From Raillietiella orientalis (Eukaryota), in the NCBI GenBank assembly GCA_036172245.1, contig JAYWIR010000023.1:1240001-1304000 (forward strand): a stretch of DNA of 64,000 bases. The letters are read 5' to 3'. Positions 24,601 through 36,400 of this stretch are shown one piece after another. A program made the translations under genes and the position numbers. The notes below the pieces were generated by a model. It was not told the origin of the DNA. It ran no database searches and saw only the letters and a program-made list of their open reading frames with translations. Within the stretch, counting starts at the first letter, position 1, and the number at the start of each line of letters is the position of its first letter.

Positions 24601-27600
24601 ATAGGTTCTTAAATTCAGACGATGGGACTAAATATTATTGATAGATTTTCAATGCAGACTCACGGTTACGTCATTCAAATAAGATGTGATGGTACGACCA
24701 TTAGAGTGATGTTTTCTTGACATACCTTTTCTCAAAACCAAATCTCGCACGAAACGAAATGGTTGGATGTTTTTACTGTTTTGCTAACGAATATCAAGAA
24801 ACTTGGAGACTCTCCATACGTTTAGGGTGCCTCAGTACTCACCAAAATTCTGAAAGAAGAAAGCCAAGACCACGTTCTGGGTGCAACCGCGTGGTCCATT
24901 GGTCAACTGGGAAAACATACAGCAGAGCATTCCAAGCATGTGATAAAAACTGATCCCATACCAAGACTGATTCAGGTAGATAGCAAATCTGTATATTTTT
25001 TAAAGTAAGGAACAACCCTTCCTTTGGCACCTTTCGTTTAACATTTAGTAGTTTTGTTGCTTATTCTCAACTGATTGCGCCGACAGCATTCCACGGAAAA
25101 CTTGGACCATTCTGTACTTTTGCCCTTCATTGACATCCTGATTTCATGGAGTTTATGCATACACAGATTGGATTACTGTGCAGTGTACAGATTTCCGAGG
25201 CATGAGATGTGTTCGCTTACATGTGTTTGCAAGCAAACGATCTCAACTGCACTATTTATTTCCCAGACGTCGGTTTGCTCCTCAACCTGTAGCTACTCTT
25301 CGGAGCGGTTTCATAGATTCGCAGCTTCCTGACTGGCTCCCGACTGATTTAAACACATTACTTGCCGACTGATTTAAACACATTATTTTCACTTTCGTTC
25401 TGTTAACCTCCTCGAATTTGGTCCTCTGCGCCAAGAATCGCTGCCTCCTCTTCTGTAAGTACGGTACGTTTTCTGGTCTCTCGCTCTACCAGATTGGCTT
25501 GCGGAATGTATGTGGCTGTCAACTTGAATATTGAAGTTTTGTTCGAAGGTATGTCACATGCACTTATATGTGCTCTTTCTTTCTTTCTTTCCTTCTTTTT
25601 TTGCTGTTTCGATTCGTGAAGGATATAGATTTGTCTTTGTGTACATAGGCTTTGCAATGTATACATACAAACACACAAAAATTGAGACAGCTCTCGTATA
25701 ACACAGTAAATCAGACCCGTGCAACGCAAACTTTCCTTTGCTTCAGGTTAAATAATCAGTAAGTACTTTTAATTATTTTTTTTCGTCCTTTTTGCGTTAA
25801 AGCGAAATGATAAATATTCAACCGCCATAACGCTAAAGATACATTCCATTTTTTTTTTTAAAATACCATCGCGTTATCCATGTACAACGCATAGGGCTCG
25901 TTTAACGCGGATTCGTACAACGCGGAACGTGTCCCTTGCGTTGCACGGGAACCATGGATATATATATATACAATACATGCAGTACGAATATATATACGTA
26001 TACACATTTCTGGAAGTGGAAGCAGGAGATTTTGCCTTCTTTTTTGACTTGCGTTTTCTTGTGATGTTCGTCTCGCCTTTTCCACGTGTTCTTCCCGCAA
26101 CGAAGTTTCGTTTGAAGGCAGGTCACATGGAGGCGAAGGCTGCCAGAGGATTTGTTTTCATTTCCTTGGTTTCTGGGGATATCTGTTCCACTTGGTTCAG
26201 AAAAGGAAAAAAGCATTCCATCTGGTTCCCTGACTCAGCGTATACAATGCAAAAACATTCTAATCCACCTAATGGAAATGCCTGAGAGTCGTTCGACTTC
26301 AGGCTGTTTTCGGACCATTTCTTGAACTGTTTGCCTCCTTCCTGTCTTCTGCTGATCATGCTGCTTGACATCCGCATTTCTTGTTCGAAAACATGTCTCC
26401 AAGGAATTGTTTCTTGGATCGTTTCTTGTTGCACTTCATGATGCTATGCAATCTATGATAGCTTCTGTAAAAAAACTCTCCGACGCATAGATAGGAAGGA
26501 GAGGGAAAAAGCGTGTAGTCAAGGCAAAAAAAAGTTTGGAGCTCTTGTGAAAGTGTTGGCATGGCAGCGAACGATGCTTCAACACAGCAAAAACACCCCA
26601 GGTAGTGGGAAAAGAGAAAAACCTGCACAGACGTGACCTTACATAGATTCGTGCTGCTACCCGTAGTATCTGTCGTATTCAACTTATTATTATGTATTTA
26701 ATTCACTATTCCGGTCTAACTGAATCCCGGTTTTTTCGAGCTGATATCAACGTTTACCTCGAATTTCGACTCGAATCCCATTTGAAATCGAAGAAAATTC
26801 ACTTCCCTTTCCCTTTCCATCGCTCCAATCACTGCAGGGTTGATTAATCGCTCATTCCAAAAGGTCCCCATCATACCCGGGCATTTAATATGTATCGTTC
26901 TCTTAAATTTATTTTCCCTATGCCTGGACGTCCTTAGAGGATGCTGCGTATCGTAATACGTGATTTAGCACTTGGGTTCTCAGCTGCGGAATTGTAGATC
27001 TCGATCAGCTGATCGAAGAGTCGCGAATTGGAAGAGACAGCGCGTCATTTTCACTCCTTTCAAGGTCCCGATATTTCTTTTAACAACCTCATGGGCTGCT
27101 ATATAAAGACATGGCGTACACGCAAGCAGACACAAGTACATCGGGATTGGAGTAGGCACTCACAATTTGTAGATGGGCTTGAGATGATTTATATCGAGCA
27201 GCTATAGACAGAATTCCGATTAATTTTTGAATGGAATGATAGGTTGAAAAATCGCATCTCCCTGGGTCTTCACGATTTCCTGGCTTTCAAAACCAGGAAA
27301 ACTAATGCGTTTGCTTTGATTCCGATGCACATCCCCCCCCTTCTCAAATGCTGAATGCGTGTCTCTTGGTTTCCAAACCTTTCGTGATCAGCAATATTCG
27401 AGCTGAGGAATTTAGGATCATTTGGAATCTTGCTCTCCAGATGACAAACTCATCCGGTGCCTCACAGGGGGATTCAGTATGGGCATGTGCATAATTTAAG
27501 AGCTTACATTTAGTCATCATTAATAACCGGATTCAAATTATTCTGTGTTAATGAGACGAGAGTGCACCTCCCTATTAGCTCGGGTTCCAGCTTCATCTAC

Positions 27601-30600
27601 AATTTAAACGCAAGAAGTATTGGATGGGGGGAAAAAAATTACATTTCGCCTTCACACGATCCCGTGTATCGACTGAAATACACACTGATGCATTATGGAA
27701 ACACTATAGCAACCATGCATCAATTGGAATTAAATTCCACTCTCTCCCGGTGGTAGAAACACAGAAACTACTACGAATGAAGGAACGAATTTATGTAAAG
27801 TCTTCTTGCAGTTCTTCAGTGGACATCGGTTGATAATTTCGTGTCAGTTGATGCTTTGCTGCATGATTGACGATTCTTGCTAGACGAATTGCACGAGTCC
27901 TGTGAAAGAAAACAACACCATAAAGTTTCGGAGCTGTCTTTAAAAAAAAAAAAAAAAGCATATAGATTTTCTTAAAAGAATCCATTCGGTTCTTTGCATC
28001 TTTACGTGATAGCCTGAACTGAAAAATTGCTAGCTTAGTAAATGAATGGAGAGGGGCATACATTCAACGGACAGTAAATTTTTTTTTTTTTTTTTTTTCA
28101 AGTTTTTCATTGAAGCACAATATTTCATGTAGTCCTAACTTCCCAGTAAATCATGGCTAATATTCAACAAATTTCGAATTCTAGTACTCGTAAAACCTTT
28201 CGTTTGGAACCAGCGTTCTCAATGGAATATTTGGGGAAACCGATTGGAAAGATATTTAAAGGGAATCACACCTGTACTAAAAAGTCACATAGTCGGATTT
28301 TGAAAACGGTAGACTTGCTTATCGAAGCCATGATATGCTGCCCTCGAGGTCGTGGGATTGCTATATTTGAAGATATTTTGGAATAATATTTTGAAGATAT
28401 CTTTTGGAATAATCAGAATGCATTCCAGAAATCGCCCTTGGATTTCGGACGATTTCTGTGAAGTCACCTTTGACAAAAGTGCGGCTGTGAACTCTGCCTC
28501 TGTCCTGAGAACAGCCGGAAGTTCCAAAACAGATCGCAACTAAACGATAATAACAACTAATTCTTAGCCTTGTTGATCGATTATTACTCTCAACATTATC
28601 ACTTCGACACTCTAGCCAAAGATCCAGAGGCACTTTGATTACTCTTGTGATTACCCCCAAAATCTAAAGATGCATGCAATATTTTGAAAATGACGAGCAA
28701 TCGAGCTCTATTGAATTGGAATGGAATTGGCTGTAATACAAGTCTTCTATACGGTGCCATACCATTCCATAACATTTTTTCTAAAACGTGTACGGATCAT
28801 GTATTCTTGGCATTTAATCTTTCGGATGTTGATGTTGCGAACAGAAGATTAGATATTTGATGCATTGAGCAAGACTTATGAGGAGCTTGAAGACATACAC
28901 AAAGAAAGAAAAAAAAGACTGTAGAGATTTTCTATACAAAACTAAAAGAGAATTCTAAGGGATTTGAATGCATTGAATGTAGCAAAGATCTGGAAGCTTG
29001 CTTTTCATCCTACAATCCTAAAATCTTCGTTTTCAGAAATTAATCAGCAAAGCATGGCAGCTCTTTTGAGATACAACTTAGTCATGGCTATTAATAAACT
29101 TCCTGCCCTCCCATCTATTTTCCAATAATATTTCCCATCTATTTTCCTTCAGGAAATTTACTGCATTTTGCATGGAAATGAACTAGAACAAATTCCCCAA
29201 TACTTCCTTGTTTTGCTTTGTTTCCCCTCTTGTTTCAGCTCCTAACATTGCTTTCAATCATATTGAATGAGCAGTTATCTCACTTGTAGCAAAAAATACA
29301 TCTCTTTGTCATGGAACAAAATGTGAAGCTGGATTTCATATGATTCGTGTGGGATCTCACGAACTAAAAGGACTGATCTACTGAATTAGTGAGAACCTAA
29401 AATACCACGGATGTTCTCTTGCAATAATCTTCTTTCCTCTTTATTTCACTCTCAGAAAAGATGGGGAGCAGTGTTTCTAGTTTTACGTGTTTTCCAGCTG
29501 TTTATGGATTCCCAAAGGTCCATAGATTTGAGGAATAAGTGCCAGAAGACTCTGAAGCTCCTCTTAACGAAGTGTACAGAGCCACAGTACCTAGAGCAGT
29601 TACTTTACAATGCTCCAGCCTCCATTCTGAAATACGTCTTGTCACAGTTCGCAAAAGTAAGTGGCTATGCCCTCATGAGAAATTCACATCCACGTGGGCT
29701 TTTGAGGAACTTTTGATAGCTGCACCCAAAGTACTTTGATTCACTAGGTCATCGCGCGCCAAATGATCGCGACGGTGCATTTGCTTTTTATCACTGAAAT
29801 TGGGAGCAAACCGTCGGTTACTTACGGTTCACGAGCTAGGAGTGTCTTCCGATGCACGGCACTTTTGCATCTAAATCACTCTCACAGCATCACAGCGCAT
29901 AGATTTCTTATACATGCGTTTTCCGAGAATGAGTCCATCTTTTCTTTAATTCAAGTTGACACGAAGCCTTCCATGTAGCAAACTGTAGCATTCCTGGAAG
30001 GATTGTGAAATCGTCGAGACTTGAAACAGAGGAAACGTACAGCATTAGGGATGATGAAAATATGATATAAGAAACCGAGCTGGGACAGTAGTTGTAAAGA
30101 ACGCATTCCTTCGTGACTAAAGTCCACGCTTGTTGTCGATAAAGTTCATTTTTCACAGCAGTCACTTTTTCTCAGATAATGATTCTGTAGGACGGTTCCA
30201 TTGCGTTTTGAGTGTCACGTTCTGAATTCTCTTTCCGATCACACAAGATGCTACGACAGTATTGATAAAATCACGCGATTTTTTTTGCTTTTTTGTCTAT
30301 CAAGATATTCTAAACGTTCGCGGTGTAGCGGCCTTGCTTCTACAGAAACTTAATTTCAGATTCTGCCAAACGATCCCAAGGGCAGAAGAACGTGTTTGCT
30401 TTCTGGGGGTTTTCAAAGAATTCAAGAGCTTAAAGGGGAAAAGGATGACGAATTGCTTCAGTACATTGAAGAAATAAATGCTTGCTTTCCTGAAGACGTA
30501 ATAAGGTAACAGTCACCATCTATTTCCCGGAGTCCACCGATTCCTTATCGAAATTTGCATTGCAGGTATTATACCCCTGGTTATCCTGAAGACCTCTTGG

Positions 30601-30683
30601 AACAAGTGGAAAAGTTTGTGCCACCTCTCAAAACACAAATGTCTATCGCACGCGAACAGAATATCGATCCGATCACTATGTAG
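3663..30683 (+). CDS. SPAG6: Sperm-associated antigen 6 (PF16 orthologue), armadillo-repeat axonemal central-pair protein, 525 aa, 9 exons
   Basis: Exons 3663-3687, 8754-9016, 14525-14914, 15006-15179, 20077-20229, 24826-24975, 29498-29656, 30360-30505, 30566-30683. All introns are GT-AG with compatible phases; the joined CDS is 1578 nt with no internal stop. The translation follows vertebrate SPAG6 end to end: [155 protein letters not shown]. The 25-nt exon 1 is the least certain part. Confidence 0.95.
7540..8450 (+). mobile_element. Decayed L1/Tx1-like LINE, APE endonuclease region
   Basis: Ordered eroded motifs [12 protein letters not shown]...LGRIYL (FTW..SRLDRIY), LSEK (SDH), GSRWAINWS (GxWKLN); stops and frameshifts present. 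Confidence 0.5.
9750..11930 (+). mobile_element. Decayed, internally rearranged L1/Tx1-like LINE (ORF1, APE, then probable 3' end)
   Basis: [23 protein letters not shown] resembles the Tx1 ORF1 N-terminus; eroded knuckle TCRG...[12 protein letters not shown]-like SQE...[20 protein letters not shown]; pyrimidine-rich then A-rich tail at 11800-11930. Confidence 0.5.
11108..11435. repeat. Inverted repeat (about 95-bp arms) plus 17-bp hairpin
   Basis: 11108-11201 is the diverged reverse complement of 11301-11395, with a perfect 21-bp core at 11128-11148 / 11356-11376. 11401-11417 pairs with 11419-11435 with one T:G. Confidence 0.9.
11950..12650 (+). mobile_element. Decayed L1/Tx1-like ORF1 (further copy)
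   Basis: [15 protein letters not shown]...[19 protein letters not shown] and [14 protein letters not shown] match the order of Tx1 ORF1 motifs across frameshifts. Confidence 0.5.
13100..14350 (-). mobile_element. Decayed L1/Tx1-like LINE, reverse transcriptase region
   Basis: DFRSLLLL (NxRPISLL) followed by [10 protein letters not shown]...[23 protein letters not shown] (QGCPLSPLL..IRSN.NIKGI..GG.E.KL). The YADD motif is destroyed. 14100-14220 is homologous to 16000-16110. Confidence 0.65.
15600..19000 (-). mobile_element. Decayed L1/Tx1-like LINE copies (ORF1 end, APE, linker toward RT)
   Basis: Minus-strand order: ORF1-like region (18550-19000, homologous to 1-430), PGDFKDC (GDFN), PGSWLLRDT (GxWKLN), TWKGKV, QYCGLF, then an RT-proximal segment. 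A second linker copy lies at 15900-16230. Confidence 0.6.
19050..19720 (+). mobile_element. Possible RNase H-bearing LINE remnant
   Basis: [11 protein letters not shown]...[11 protein letters not shown] resembles WxPSHxG...GNExADxLAK. Heavily degraded. Confidence 0.3.
20279..20490 (-). pseudogene. HSP90: HSP90 (Hsp83) gene fragment: end of charged linker and start of middle domain
   Basis: Translates [10 protein letters not shown]...[40 protein letters not shown], close to the canonical [40 protein letters not shown]. Similarity stops abruptly after YKS. I recognised no other HSP90 pieces in the window. Confidence 0.9.
21360..22500 (-). mobile_element. Possible I/Nimb-like LINE 3' end remnant
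   Basis: Eroded RNase H-like and terminal segments ending [16 protein letters not shown]. Motif resemblance only. Confidence 0.3.
23250..23700 (-). mobile_element. Decayed LINE RT C-terminal region
   Basis: LDHMNTAT...[19 protein letters not shown] and [19 protein letters not shown] resemble WxxHI..LVRPILEY and RRAARFV..RTSSVTEML. Confidence 0.45.
25340..25385. repeat. Tandem duplication of a 21-mer
   Basis: ccgactgatttaaacacatta at 25340-25360 and 25365-25385. Confidence 0.9.
25990..26600 (-). mobile_element. Possible piggyBac-like transposase C-terminal remnant
   Basis: KQFKKWSEN...CIVY...FLNQVEQI followed by an eroded Cys-rich stretch [13 protein letters not shown]...SCFHFQKC. Weak. Confidence 0.3.
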
Positions 30684-31829
30684 CACTGCAAAATGGTTGT
30701 AGGAGCTCATCTACCTCAAAAGAATGACTAATCACGTTTTTCATGTATTGAGGAAACGAAAATTTTCCCAAGTAGATGCACTTTGAAATTACTCTTTGGA
30801 ATACATTTACTTGTATTTTCGTAGTTATTCAAAATATACATAAGTAAGAAGCTTCTGAATGTACTGCTTGCTAGCAATCCTTGACCATTGTAAAAGTATG
30901 CCTGACCTCAACGTAAGGAAGGCTCATGAAACAACACACGATCTCCTGAATGCTAACTAGCCATACAGAAAAACAGTTGGCTGCAAGCTCCGACAACTTT
31001 AACATCTCTCCATAAGTCTGCTGATACCAGGAAATCAGAGAAGGTGCTTAAGGAAAGGGAAGGCCAAGCCTGATTCGACAACAACGAAACGTGTACGAAA
31101 TGTTACAACAGATTCACTTCCTGCTGCTTATCAAGCCCATGCAGTACATTTTACAAGAAACGTGCAAGATGAGATTTCCTTACTCGAATTCGCGTTTTCG
31201 ACCGTGGTCTTGCAATCTAAAAAAACGTGTCTGCAGTACACCAGTGCTCGTTCGTACAAGGAAAGTCTGCCTCTTTTCGTTTTAAACATCCAGTCATGCA
31301 AAGAACGCATATGCCGTGATCATCTCACAGATCTTAAAGCCGTTTTGCGATACTGAAGCGTCGGAGTTCCCAGGTAGCAATTCCTTCTGATTTGGGATCA
31401 GTTTCCATCAGGGAGTGCGTTGTGTCATTTGCAAATAAGAGTTGCCAATGCAAAGTTAACCCTAGAAGAAGTTGTACGAAAGTTTGAAAAACGCCCTTTA
31501 ATTTGCAGAGTTATTTATATTCCTTATTCTAAAAAGTAAAGTATTACTTCTTAGTTTATTGTAAGTGTATGCATTTGCAGATAATCAGGTTTAGGAAGAA
31601 AAATCAAAAAGAGAAAGATGATTTTTTGCAGTTTTGTGCATTATGGTCTGGTTTTCGGCAATCATTTGACAATCAGTTTTTGATTTTTTTAGGTTTCATA
31701 TCTGAGAAAATTTATAACGAATCATGATCATGTGTTCAGAATCGAAACAATAACAAAGCATTTAGCACTTTTGCTTGATGTGAGATACTTTTAATGGAAA
31801 AGTTTTAAATGTTTACCGTTTTATTTCAA

Positions 31830-32350
31830 GCAAATGGTCGCTTCGAAAGTAACGTTTGTGTTGTAATGATTTTTTGGAAATCTTTCCGTGGTAAAATACA
31901 GGGGATAACCTGCTGTGCATTCATATGAACGTCCTGCATCGTGTATTCCTTTGAAAACCCTCTGGCAGTTTGAGAGTCTCGTTTACACATCTCATTGAAA
32001 TCTTCCAGAAGCTTTTCAAAAGAATCCCTCTTCATGGTTTACGAAGTCACATACGCAATACATATTGAAGGCCTCGTTCTTTCGAAATCGTATGCATGTT
32101 TTTTATCAAAAGCAATCTGTGTGTGTGTGTCAAAAATCTCGAGTTTCTGGATACTAAAAAGACGGATGAGCTGAACGTTATTCATGGACCGATGTCGTCA
32201 AACTTTGCAAGATCATCCGTTCTTCCTAGCTGATCTAGTGGCAATTTAATATTCCCTTCGAAACACAGCATGCGTTTCGAAGGTCCATTCTGCAAAGTCA
32301 GGGTTGCGAACGGTAATGCAGTAAATCTTTGCAGCAGTCCACTCAGTTGC
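31830..32350 (-). mobile_element. Possible Mutator-like (MULE) transposase remnant
   Basis: ALPFATLTL...FEGNIKLPLDQLGRTDDLAKF and DSFEKLLEDFNEMC...F..EY follow MULE domain order; interrupted by stops. Confidence 0.35.
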
Positions 32351-33467
32351 ACTTTATTGTAAGAATTTTTTTTGTGATTCATGAATGAGAAATTATGCTG
32401 AAATAATAATGGTGGGTTAGTTCGTGTTTGTGAATGTCGATGTACCTTAAAGGCAGAGCTTTGTTATGTTTCAATGAGGTGCACTCAATCAGCTTACTAA
32501 TTAGTAAGTTAGTTGATCAATAATTACAAATACAGATTTCATCACATCGTAGGAGTATTTTTATTTTACATTACATTGACGGCAAGCGTTTCTACAAATG
32601 GCACGTTTGCTTTCCTCTCATCCAATGGATGTCATAGGAGACCTTTGTCAGTTTTATTTAATCTCATAATAAGTTTGTTTTGACTGGCAATGAGTTACCA
32701 TTACGCAACCGAAGGTTTCGGAAAAATGTGGAAAACCGATGGCGAAATTCGCAGAATTTTTTGGAGGTCTTTGAATTGAGCAGTCGAGGAGCGTGTGGGT
32801 TTTCGGGTCACAAGTAGATTCCAACCGTGTTAAAATGCTCGCGGGGATTTTTAGCTGTTGAACGTTGGTTTTTCATTTTTTTTTTCACATCTCTTCGTAC
32901 TGTCCCCTTTTTTTTTTTTATCATGATTGCGTTTTTCACCGATTAACACATGGTTCAATTTCTTCGGACATTCATTGAATGGACATAAAAGACATGAACC
33001 TTCGTCATCAATTTTTGAAAAACGAGAAAAACAGTATACGACCATCCCTAATGGTTCATATCATCGTGTTCAAGTAACGTAAGGTTGTTGCACCCATAGT
33101 AAGTTCAACCTTGTATTTTCCAAAGTCCAACACTGCTGGTAAATATTTTTAATCCGTTTCAATATTCCAGATACCCTTTTATATTTGTAAAAAGTCTGAT
33201 GCCCATTGGAAGTGCATTTCCTCATTTCATTTCAAAAGTTTGTTAAAATAAGCAGTCTGTGTAAAAAATTATATAAAATAATTTGAAGGTGCAAAAATTT
33301 TTGTGATTTAAAATTACTCAACTTACAAGATTGATTACCTTATTATCATGAAGAAATCTATGTCACTATGATGTAATTGGATGCGTTGTTTCATCTGGTT
33401 TTAATTTCACAAACGTAAGTTGACATGTGTTAACTGCACCAGAATTGTTATGTGGAAATTCTAGAGA

Positions 33468-36400
33468 ATGTTTCAAACCATTTTGGGGGTGTATCGTGAT
33501 GTAATAGATTGGTTTTGGAGCCCAGCCATCTGGCTTCCTGCAAATACAACTTGGAATGATGTTAAGCCAAATGATTTTGTGAAATACACTGATTATCGTG
33601 ATCTGTACATCCCTATCCCAATGGCAATGTTAATACTTGTTGTGCGCTTTGTTGTTGAAAGGTAATTTACATGTATGCATATATGTGTTATGTGTGTCAC
33701 ACTTTATTTGCTTGATGCATGATTTGTAATGTGTTTGTATAATCTAAGCATTACCTCTTGTTTATTTCAGAAAACTGTTTTCTCGTTTTGGAATTTATCT
33801 TGGCATTAAACCTCCAAGATATAGGCCTCTACAACCAAATCCTATATTGGAAATTGCATACTCAAAATACAAATATAAAAAAAAATTACGATATCATCAG
33901 GTTTGTTTAACATATTTGTGTTCTTATCAGAAAATGTATTGTATGCATTGTATTGGTGGAATGGAGTTTTTTGGAGTGATGTAATATTTCTAAAGTAGTT
34001 CATAAAAGTTAAGAATGATCAGGGATAAATAGCTTATTATGAAATTAATGATATTCCATAGTTTCTTAGGTAAACTGATCAGTAATGCAAACTGAATTCA
34101 AATGAGCATATTTAAAGATCATATTCATATTTGGATGCTATACAAAGTATATTTTTAGTGTCTTTATGCTTGTTACCTTATTCTTCTTTGTTGAAGTGAA
34201 AGCGTATTTTAGTTATTTCTGTGCTTTTTGTGGGAATGGTATCAGTTAATGTTCATGTTTAGCAGTCTTCCTTTGTCTTTCCCTGTAATGGTTTAATGAA
34301 TTCAACTGTTTATATTTCAACTTTACATTTGGAATTTCTGTCTCCTGTTTTTCATGTTTTTATTTTTTATTTTCTTTTGTTATTCATGTGATTAAACTCA
34401 GGTGTATCCAATTAAGTAGATTTAGACTCAGATGTGTGGCTATTTATCATGAGCTACTTATGAACTTGAGGTATGTGTTGACTGAAGTCTTTATTCAACA
34501 TTTTTGCAAAGCTTTGCAAGTATTCTTGCTTCAGTTAAAACTGCATGGCATTTGTTTCAAAGAAGTTGAGGCTGTATTTTTCCATGGAAACAGTTTACAG
34601 GATAAGTAACAGTGAATATCAGCCAATTAGATGAAACAGCATAGCAAATGACAAATCAACTTTACATCGGTTATCATGTACTTATTGAATGTTTGTATTT
34701 CTATTTTATGCCATGGATATTTAAATGTGATGTTTTTTAAAAAAAAATGTAAAGATTTGTGGGTCCTTTTCTACAGCACCAAAGAAATCTACATATAATA
34801 TTTGGGGATTCTTCGATCAAACATTATATTCATCAGTGTGATTATGTGATTTTTAATTATGCTGAATGTTTATTTAATAAATTGTAAAGGATTTGGGGTT
34901 ACAGTCTCACCTCTGCAATTTTTCTTCCTTTATTTTATTAGTCTCTTGAACTTCTGAAATTGGGTTACATCATTTTGTTTCACATTTCAAATGAAAGATG
35001 GAAAAGAAGGACTGTGGTTTAAACTAATTTATGTGAGTGGTGCATAGCAAAAAATACACATTCACAGATACAGTATTCTTATCACAAACTCAATTCATAA
35101 GAATCCATTGTTTCATTCCTTGATACTGTGGGATTTTAGCTTGTTTCTCAAGCATATAAAGTTGCTGATCACTAATTTGCAGGTCATTAGCATAAGATGT
35201 GAGACTTTTCCCTAAGTTCATTTCATCTTGTGACTTTTGTTGATTGATTCTGGAGTTAGAAAACTTTTATAAGATAGTGTGATATTCAATTAGCATTATA
35301 TTGATGGTGTATCATGGTATTACAGTTTATACTCGAATGTAAAAGATATCAAACATGCATAATGTAAAAGATAACGCAATTGTGTTATATTCATTAATTA
35401 CATAACTAAATTACCTTGCTTTTAATCAGTTGGAGTTGAGTGCTTTAACACTGCAGGCATCACTGCAAATACCTAGTTATGAAATTGTGCAAAGTTTTTG
35501 GTGATTCAACAAAAGTTGGTGCTTTTTCCTGGTGACTAAAGTGTACAGTTTTTTTCTCTTACAATTGTGTATTTGAATAAGGACTTTAGTTTTAAATAAT
35601 GCAGTCTATCAGTATTTTTTTTTTTTTAAAAAAAAAAAAATTATTTCACTAAAAATGAAAACTTACAAAAGTGAGATATAAGCATTTTGCAGACCTAGGC
35701 TTATTAATGGTATTAAATATTCTCTTTTCAACAAAGCTTTTCTTAAGGGTTTTCTCATATAAAAAGGAAATATTATTTCATGTATATGCAGGTTTTTCAG
35801 CATCTTTTTGTGCCCCTTTTTTTTTTTGCCTGAATGTACATTTCTGCATATTTAATTCAGAAATATAGAATGAGTAGCTGGCTACTGTGAATATCATCAT
35901 GATTATTAAGTTGTAGTTTCTGTTGACAACAAAATTATGAAACTGGAAAATCGATGAAAATCTTATGTATCTTTTGACATTCACTTTTTCTGTTAAGGTA
36001 CAATAATTTGGTTCAATTTAATTTCTTAATAGGAAATAGATAAGACCTACTAAAATAGGGAAAATTGCAAGCTTCCGTGCATTTCTTGCATTAATTAAGT
36101 CTGTTGTCAGTAAAACGTTTATAAATTGTGAAATTTTTTTCGGATTCTAAAGGACTTAGTTGACTTTTTGAAAGATCCGTAATACTGGATACTCTCTGCA
36201 TAATGTAAGCAACACCTCATTCATTTGAATGGTTCAGACATTTATTTTCGATGGTATTTTAATGAGCAGCAACCATTTAGGAATTCCCAGTCTGATTCGA
36301 TTTTCGAGATGCAGTCATACTTTTCCTTGTAGTGATAGTAAACCGATTTTCATTTGTTCAGCAACATGAATTATAAAAGGGAATGATTAGATTGCATTTT

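Noticed and set aside
25340..25385. Direct repeat as a CRISPR-like unit
   Set aside because: Only two copies with a 4-nt gap, in a eukaryotic intron; simple tandem duplication.
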